A model generated the notes under the pieces. That model had not been told where the DNA came from. It searched no databases and was given only the letters and a program-made list of their open reading frames with translations. 64,000 nucleotides of DNA. Source: Perna viridis (Eukaryota). Both the position numbers and the translations under genes were made by a program. Location: contig CM074512.1 in assembly GCA_037379345.1 (NCBI GenBank), positions 66,423,597 through 66,487,596 of the forward strand. The letters are read 5' to 3'. This document shows, piece after piece, positions 54,101 to 63,100 of the stretch; position 1 is the first letter of the stretch, and each line of letters begins with the position of its first letter.

Positions 54101-57100
54101 TATGTTCTATTTTTAGTAATGGTGGGTTTCAGAGGAGAAGATGTTTGAAAAATTATTAACGACGACATCAGACGACGATGACAGACACCAAGTGAAGGCA
54201 ATAGCTCACATGGCCTACATACCAAAAACAAACTTATTTGGTAGGAGCATTACAAAAAAAAAAGATCAGAAAACCCTGACGGACGGACAGACGGCATTTC
54301 CATGTCCCCTCGCGACGTGATGCAATTAAACATACGTATAGGAGATAATCAAAATGCATATTTTTATATTTTTTATATATTTTTACGCCTTTTTGGACCT
54401 TAACTCCAGAAAGAAAAACCATACACACATTCTTAGTTGAAACCTGCTTGATTTTGGCCTTTTTATACCTCTTCTCTTAGAGATTAAGGATAAAAACAAT
54501 AAAGATTTTGGCCTTTTTATAATGATTTCTTTTCCTTGACATTAAGTGTTGAAAAACTAAAAATCAAATAAAAATATTCCTTTTGTAGTATGTCACCTTA
54601 TTTTACAATTACATGGAGATCCATATACTTTTACCTATGCAATTGTTTTGAAACAGGCATACACATTTTTGGCCCTTTTCAGTCCCTTATTCTTAAACAG
54701 ATCAGGTCAAAACTAAGCCTAAACTTTGAGGTATAGAACATAGTGGTAACATATCCTAGAGATTTATATGTTTTATCTTTGAAACAAAGTATCTATAAAC
54801 ACTACCAACAACCCACACAATGACAGCACCATACCATAATATAATGGCAAATTTCACATCTGAATAAAAGTGATCAAATATGTGGCTCAATAAAAAACTA
54901 GAAGCCCTGTTTATCACAGGAGCCCCTGCCTCATTTGTTAATAGTGATTTTTTTTTTTTAGTAAATCAAATGTGTCTGTAAGACAATAATGATGCCCCCG
55001 CTTGCTAGATTTGCCAAATTAGGAACAAGTTTATTTTTTTATGAAGAAATGGTTTGCAGATTCAGAAATCCTTCCAAGACTTGTGCTACTCATGGTCTGG
55101 GGATCAATTTGGGGTTCAGAAATTCCTAAATATATGCATATCTGCATATTGTATCCTGGCCACATAGTGTCATGAGATTCTGTTTGGTAGTGTCAGACAA
55201 GTTGCGATGAGAAAAAGAGGACCGACGGACGTATTAATGAACGCATAAAAAATGTTCATACCAACCATAACAAATCACCTTGTTGCTTGGGATATATTTC
55301 TGACAAAAATAACAAAGTCTAACTTCCACCAATTTCCGTAATATTTCATGAAAAATCAAGATCCTATGACCTTGCACACTATCATTATGTGTAGAAACAT
55401 CCTGCAAAAAATATTTTAGATGTAGTTCAAAAACTATGGAAAGAGAAAGCCATAAAAGCCATATAGCCCTATTTCTGATGAAAATGACTCAGTCTAGCTA
55501 TCACCAATTTCTGTAATATTTCATGAAAATCATAATCCTATGACCCTGCACACCTTCATCATGTGTAGAAATATCCTGTAAAATATTTCAGATGTAGTTC
55601 AAAAATTGTACAATGAGATAGCTGAACAAGCCAGGATCCATATATTTCTGAGTAAAATTGCTAAGTCTAACTATCACCAATTTCCATAATATTTCATGAA
55701 AATCAAAATCCTTTGACCCTGCACACTTTAATCATAGAAATATCCTGTAAAATATTTTAGATGTAGTTCGAAAACTGTACAAGGGGATACCCGGACAAGC
55801 CATGATCATATGTAGTCCGGATGGACAGACAGACGAACAGACGGGCAGGGGTAAATTAATATGCCCCCCCTTTTTATTGCAGGGGCATGAAGTTGCATGG
55901 GCTGTTGTGCCAGAGATATCCCATTGAATTTGATATTGAACCGCACCCAAAATTATTTACAAAGTATTCCCTATCCATATAAAGCCACAAATCAAATATG
56001 AAATCAATCCTTCCATTGGGAGTTGAGGTTTTTGTGATTAAAATTGTCTCTATCAATCCATGGTGAAAAATAGCCAAGTCCCATGAAACAGGAAGTTTAT
56101 ATTGTAAAGCAATCTGTCACAGACCAAATTTAAAATCAAACCATATATTGGGAGCCAAGATAATTGCCACAGAATTTGAATGAACGGACTGACAGACACA
56201 CAAGGTGATTCCAAAATCACCCAGTCATTTCAATATATCAAGTGATATATTTGTGATGTGTATTTGCAGTGATATGTGATGGAAAACTTTGTAACAGACA
56301 AACATGACACTACAACTGTGAAATATTCTAGTATAAACATATTTACCGGTATTTACATGGTAACTTTAGATAGTAATGTCAAGTAAGCATATTTGTGGCA
56401 TCAATTTTTGTGATTTTCACATGATTAATGTTTTTAGTTTTAAAAATAATTTTTGCTCTTACTATTTTTCATGCTTATCTATTCTAGTAAATTAAGTGAA
56501 AATTATTATGCAAAAAATATATAGTCTAACTAAAGATGAGTGATTTACAGTAACCCTTTTCTATAGAGCAGAGGAAAAATATACAATTGTCAAACAGGAA
56601 GTTTAAGCTAATAACTGAGCATAAAGATTGTAGATCACTCACTTTGTAGGTGGTTCCTCATAGTCAGCTGTTCTCTTTAGACAAAGTCTGTGCTCCATTA
56701 TATAAAATCTATCAGATACATCCTGAACAATAGTGTAGACATGTTTGTCATAATCATCATCAACTGTCCCCATATAAAGGCAGTATCCAGCAGGGGTATT
56801 CTCGTCTATCTTTGTCTTGGCTAGGTCTATTTCAATCTGAAATTAGGAGTACACAGTAAATCTAGTTAAGAGGCTGTCCATGTTAAAATCAGGCAGATCC
56901 TGTGATACGAGTGGCACATGGTAAATTTTATCCCACTGAATTTTTTGTTCCAATGTAATGTATATAGCATATGTATGTCAAAAAGTATTAAGTTTATTTT
57001 GAATCAACAATTGATAGCTCAGAAAAAGATATTTAATCTCCCTAACAAAGCAACAAAATTTTCCTCAAATTAAAGAGTTGTCTCCCATTTTTTCAATTAA

Positions 57101-60100
57101 TTTCAATGCTTCCTAAGTAATATATTTTTCTTTTGTCATTGCAGTTTATCCAAAACCAACATTCAATTTTGAGAAAGGACGCATTGTGATATGAAATAGG
57201 TGAAAAAATTTTGAAAACAAAATTTATCATTTAACAACCATTGCCTCGTTTTTAAATGGTCACCGTCTTTAACCTCAAAGCAAAGGCTGTTTCTAGTCTG
57301 AACAGCTAACATTTTGACCCACAGGCCCAAACCATTTTTTTAGATTTTTTTCACATATAACTTGCCTGTAAATGAATTTTTTATGGCCTAAAGCATTTTT
57401 ACAAGCCTTGGGCTTCAGACAACTGGTTTATTGTGATGACTGAGTTTCTGTAGTAAATTTATTTCATATTTCAAAAAGAATACCAGTTTACCCTAGTATT
57501 TTGTATTCTAATTTCCTTGTTTTCTTCCTATTTATAACTTTGAGGAAAGAAATGCAGTCACCAAAACAATTTATTCCTTGTAGTGCAAAACGTTTTTATC
57601 CATATGTCAAGTGACGTTAATATAATGTATTTAACATCATAATTAATTATTAAAGCAAGCTTCACCTAATTACATTGTATAGGACATTAATTGCTGACAA
57701 TGAATATCAAACATCACTAGTGTGGACTGTGAAAAAAGCTTCAATTACAATAAATAGACAGACTGAAAAAAAGTATACAACAAAATGTCTGTCAAAAGAG
57801 AATTGTATTGAAGTAACAGTTGTAGAAATCAGACAGGTGATTCATGCATGTCAAAAACCTACCCATGCTGTCATTAGGTGAAAATACTAATGAAGCATGT
57901 TTGTTCATGGGTTTTTCTACACAAGGAATCACCTCTACCATTGGCAGTGTATGAATTTTATATGGACTTGTACTTCTGGGATGATTATACCAGGTCTACA
58001 AACAAAGTGGAAATTGGCTAAATCAGAAGTAAATATACTGTAAAAAAAGAACCTTAACAGTAAAATCTAGATTTGAAATTGTGGAATTCTGTTAAAAGAA
58101 CGGAAAAATCATCACTCATATTTAAAACTTCTTGGAATCTAAGCAACATTTTACAAGCAGTAACAAGACGTGTTAGTCACTTACATCTTGAGGTGGATTG
58201 TTTTTAGGGCTACAGAAAATTTTTGGCTGAGACCATTTAGCATCTTTCTGACAGATCACTTGATACTTCTCCTGCGGGGGCATCAGCTCTCTGTCCTGTT
58301 GGCAAGAGGCTTTACAAGTTGTGTTGTATGTCTGTAAACAAATTATTATTTCATACATAATAATATACATGAATACATTACACATATAACGTCACTTTGG
58401 AAAAATGAAATTTACAAAGAAAAATTAAAATGCATTTTTCCTTCCTTTATTGTACTGTATATTAAAAAATTGTCATTACGTTCTAATATAGTGATAAATA
58501 TGATTTTCATTTAAAGAGCTACTGTGCTACCAAAAACATGTGAACATTCCTGGACTCAGGAGCTTGGTTATCTCGAATTGCAGGTTCTGTTAATACTTAT
58601 CATTTTTTCATGCATGTCAACGTATGCTGTCTAATATTTCATTATTAACTTGTGCCGAATCTGTATATTTTTTTATAATTCCAATCTAATAAGCATGCAT
58701 TATGATTGGTTTGTTCACCTTTTACAACCTCAGCGATGACAGTTTATATAGTGTAAATTCCATGTAAAAATCATAAACAACGTGGCTACTATCTCTTTGA
58801 CAAAAGACAGAGCCATTTAGAGGCTTAAAATGGTATTATCTGCTTTCTTCCATTCATTTTCGGCATTGCATATTCAAAACAACAATTTTTGAAAAACTAC
58901 AGTTATCAGAAGCCTGTATATACTTAATATTGCAATTGACAACCATGTCACATTGTCAGTTGAATGCAATATCAATTTTGGGTGTCAATTTAACTAAATG
59001 AGAGCATTCACGAAAAGAAAAAAAAACTACTGATATATTTTTGATAGTTAGAGATTGGAAATATAAGGATTAAATACTATTTTTCAAGAATTTTTGGATG
59101 TGTAAAATCAGACCATTCACTCACAAACCTGACATGAAGGTCCTTCACATTTTATTTGTTTAGTAAGCAAATGTTCCAATTTTACACACTGATAAACTCT
59201 GGAAAAACAGTATTTAATCCTATACTATTTCTAGTCAATATACTGATATTATAAATGTCTATACTGCAATAATTTTTTTAATTTTTACTGTATACATTTC
59301 TAGGAAAAAGGCAAAATTGGAAACTGACCTTATAAAAAAAATAGAGATTTAAAAAAAGCCAAAGAAAATCACCAATAACAAGAAGAGAATTCTTTACATA
59401 TTATAAATATTAAGGAAAGCATTTTAGTCATAAATAATGAGTTTACAATAATTGCACCCTGTGACGCACCAAATTTAATTGTTGGTGTTTTTTATTATAA
59501 TCTTTAGTAGACAGGTTTAGAGCAGTTAAACAATAAATCAAAGCATTCCATGTGAAATTCTGGGAATGCACCTCCTCATTGAGTGATAGTACATACATTG
59601 TATTTCATTTGGAATTTGAATTACTATAGTAGTAGCATAGTGTTTAATATTGTTCTACACGTAGGTTACACTATACAGTACCAGTCCTGCTAAAATCATT
59701 CCCATACTACAAAATATTCCTACATTACAAAAAAATAATACCCATAGCATTTGACAGAATCCACAGAAAATAATTTCATCTAATGTTTACAGGACTGATT
59801 TAACCTTTCCAATAAGATTATCAACAAGAGCAGTGTTCAAGGTCCCCTGCCTCGCATTAAAAGTAAAATTTCATGGAATATTGCAAAGTGCAAAATTATA
59901 TTTTGTTAAGTTTGTGTGACCTTATCTTTAACCTACTAACCTCAAATTCAATAAATGTCTTCCTTACCCCATAAGCCTTCATCTGTCTAAGTTTGATGAA
60001 ATTCTATGAAGGCGCTCAAAAGTTGCACACCAGAACCAATTTTCGCCCCCAAAAATATATTTTGTCAAGTCTGTGTGACCTTGGCCTTTAATCTACTAAC

Positions 60101-63100
60101 CTCAAATTCAGTAAGTCTTCCTGATCCCATTAGCCTCCAACTACTCAAGTTTGGTGAAATTCTATGAACGCGTTCAAAAGTTCAAAATTTTATGGATACA
60201 CATATTCCATTTTATCTGCTAAAGAATTTCTTCAACAACTGGACAAAAGAAAACAATTATAGACTATTGTTTTGTTGACGTAAAGAAGCTAGTGAGTTGA
60301 ACGTCAAAATTCAGTTCTAGATAAATAGTTATCACTTACACGCTCGGAACAAGTGGTGAACATGGGAAATGAACAACTTCCAAGATTAGGACGCTCTGGT
60401 GGACAATATGAGAGGGATGGAATTGGTGGACATACAATTAATTTACATGTCACACCATCGGAAGCCAGGGTTTCTCCTTCAGGACAGCTACATACACCCT
60501 GGTTACAAAGTCCTTTACACTTCAAATGGCAGTGTGTAAAACTCTTAAATGAAAAAGAAATAGAAAATTATTGAACAATGACATTAAAAAATGAATACAT
60601 TTTAACATTGTTTTATTGAATTTATTTGAGACATGGTGCCAAACCAGCTGTTACAACAAGGGACTCTGAAATCTGATATAAATATAGGTTGCAATATACT
60701 ATTGTAGCTCCAAGGAACTATTTATGAATAAACTTTAAAAACAAGGGAATGTAGAACATTTGTTTTCCAATAGAATCCTAAAACTTTAACTATCATAAAC
60801 GGGAAGTTAATTGGCCTTTTTCAATCTAATGTTCCATTCAAGACACTGATCTAACAGTAATTCGTTCTACAGAGATTCAAATTTGCTTACAAGAGAAAGG
60901 GTCCTTTACTTTTTTGCATCCAAAATAAAAAGGTCTCCTATAGATTAGAATATTAAAGGTCTTAAATAAGAGTTAACGTAAATATGGTAGAATCTTTTGC
61001 ATGATATTTCTTTTTAAATAATGCTTCCACAATCACAAAGCTGAAATCAACTTGACTAATCAAACAAATCATCATATCTTAAAGAAAATTAGAATTGAGT
61101 GTTGTTAGTTCACCCCAGCTGAATGGAACAATTAGTAAGATAGTTTAACTAAGAGGGTGTCCATGCAAAAACCAGGCAGTGGATTGCACATGACAAATTT
61201 TGTTTTAAAAAAATTTCATCCATTTCAAAATGCAAATGTATCCTTCTCTCAAAGTTCAAATTTTGGTTTCATATTAACTGCAACAGTTTAAGAGAAATAA
61301 ACTACACAGAAAGCATTGAAATTCATTGAAAAAGGGAGATAACTTTCATTTTGTGAAAAAAATTGGTTGCTTTTTTTGGGAACTTTAAAAAATGCTTTCT
61401 GAGTCACCCATTGTTGATTTAAAAAAATCTTTGTACTATTTGACATACATACGATAAAAAACATTACATTGGAACAAAAAAGTTACACGGGAACAAATTT
61501 ACCCCGTGCCAGTCATATCATAGGGTCTGCCTGATTTTTACATGGACCATCTCTTAATTTGAATATAACTTGTAATCAAGATGTACACAACATCAGTTGC
61601 AAAACAGGCTCTAGATGTGATATTCATTTTATGTATTTTCCCTATCTAATAGTTATCCACGGTAAAAAAAAATGTTTTCAAATATTGAATTAACTGAAGA
61701 GTGAAAAAAAATTCAGAAGTTACTCTAAAAGTGTTAAAATCACCCTGATAATTTAAAGAAAACTGTTTTGTTCTTCAAATAGAAGTAAGCTTAACATAAC
61801 TTTAATACCAGGTTAGTATACATTTTATGGAGAGGTAATAGAATAAATTATACAAACCATACTGAAGCATGTACATGTATATAGTTGCATAATTTCTTAT
61901 AACGTTAAATAAATATAAATTGTTAAAATGCGCTGTGAGTTAATATAAAAATCAATGAACAACATGATGTACTCCCAATTCAGAAAGGTCACAACAAAAA
62001 CTCAATGGAAATCTTTTTTCTGATTACATGAAAAAAACCTTGAAATATAACAAATCAAACATATGTGCAGCATGACATCTTCCTCAATACTTTGGATTCC
62101 ATATTATCAATTTATTTTAGCTTCATTTAACCTTATAAAACATTTCACTCATCTGTCAAACTTATTAATACTGCTGTCTTCTTTTCATCTTATCATGAAC
62201 AAAAGTAAGATATATACAAAATAACTGAATCAAGATGTCACCAAAACCGCTCAAATCATCTGAACAAATATATAGTATGTTATGATGTCTAGGAATGTTT
62301 TTGCATAATGGGACATATTGATGTTGAAGAATATATGAACATTGTTCCTACATGAAGTGTGAACACCAAATATACTACAAGGTGCCAAACTCACAAGTAA
62401 ATAATTCCAAATAGAAGGAAAAAAGCAAAAATATTAAATAGAACTATTTTCCCAAAAAAACATTCAGTGATTGGATTATTTAAGGTCCCATGTGTCATTT
62501 ATCACATTTTATTCAGCTGAAAATGTCCCATTTAAATCAGAATTCTTATATGAATTTTAAAGAATACTTAATTGATTTTCTGGAGAGGCCACTAAAAAGA
62601 CCCATTCTGAATTTCACAATTATTTAATCCAAATCACTAGCTGCCTGATTATAAATGAAATAATTTACTTTAATGCATTTTTTTCCCTTTCAGTTATTAA
62701 TTCTATAGCACCATATTTACATAGTGAAAACTGAGGGGAAATGACAAATATATACAAATAAATTAATTTGAGATAAATACTGTAATCTGATTGGTTAAAA
62801 TAATTTTGTTATATCTCAATGGATAAAAAAATATTGACATGCTCCTATTCAATTGAATTCAGAGCTACTTTTCTCATGTTTAAAGATAAAAATATGTTTT
62901 AAAATTAATTTATAAGAATTGGCTATAATAAAAATTTTGTCTATTGAAAAATAACATAAATTTTCAATGTGCATATTTTGTTAACTGCACTTCGTGCAAT
63001 AAGCAATATGCACATGGAAAATTTATCCTATTTTTCAACAGACAAACTTTTATCATTGCCAATTCTAAAATATACATACCCAAGAAGATTTAAACATTCT

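Noticed and set aside
1887-56836. Clustered-protocadherin or Dscam-like mutually exclusive exon array
   Set aside because: All exons join in series into one frame and no alternative duplicate exons were found; whole-tetrad skipping would keep frame but there is no evidence for it
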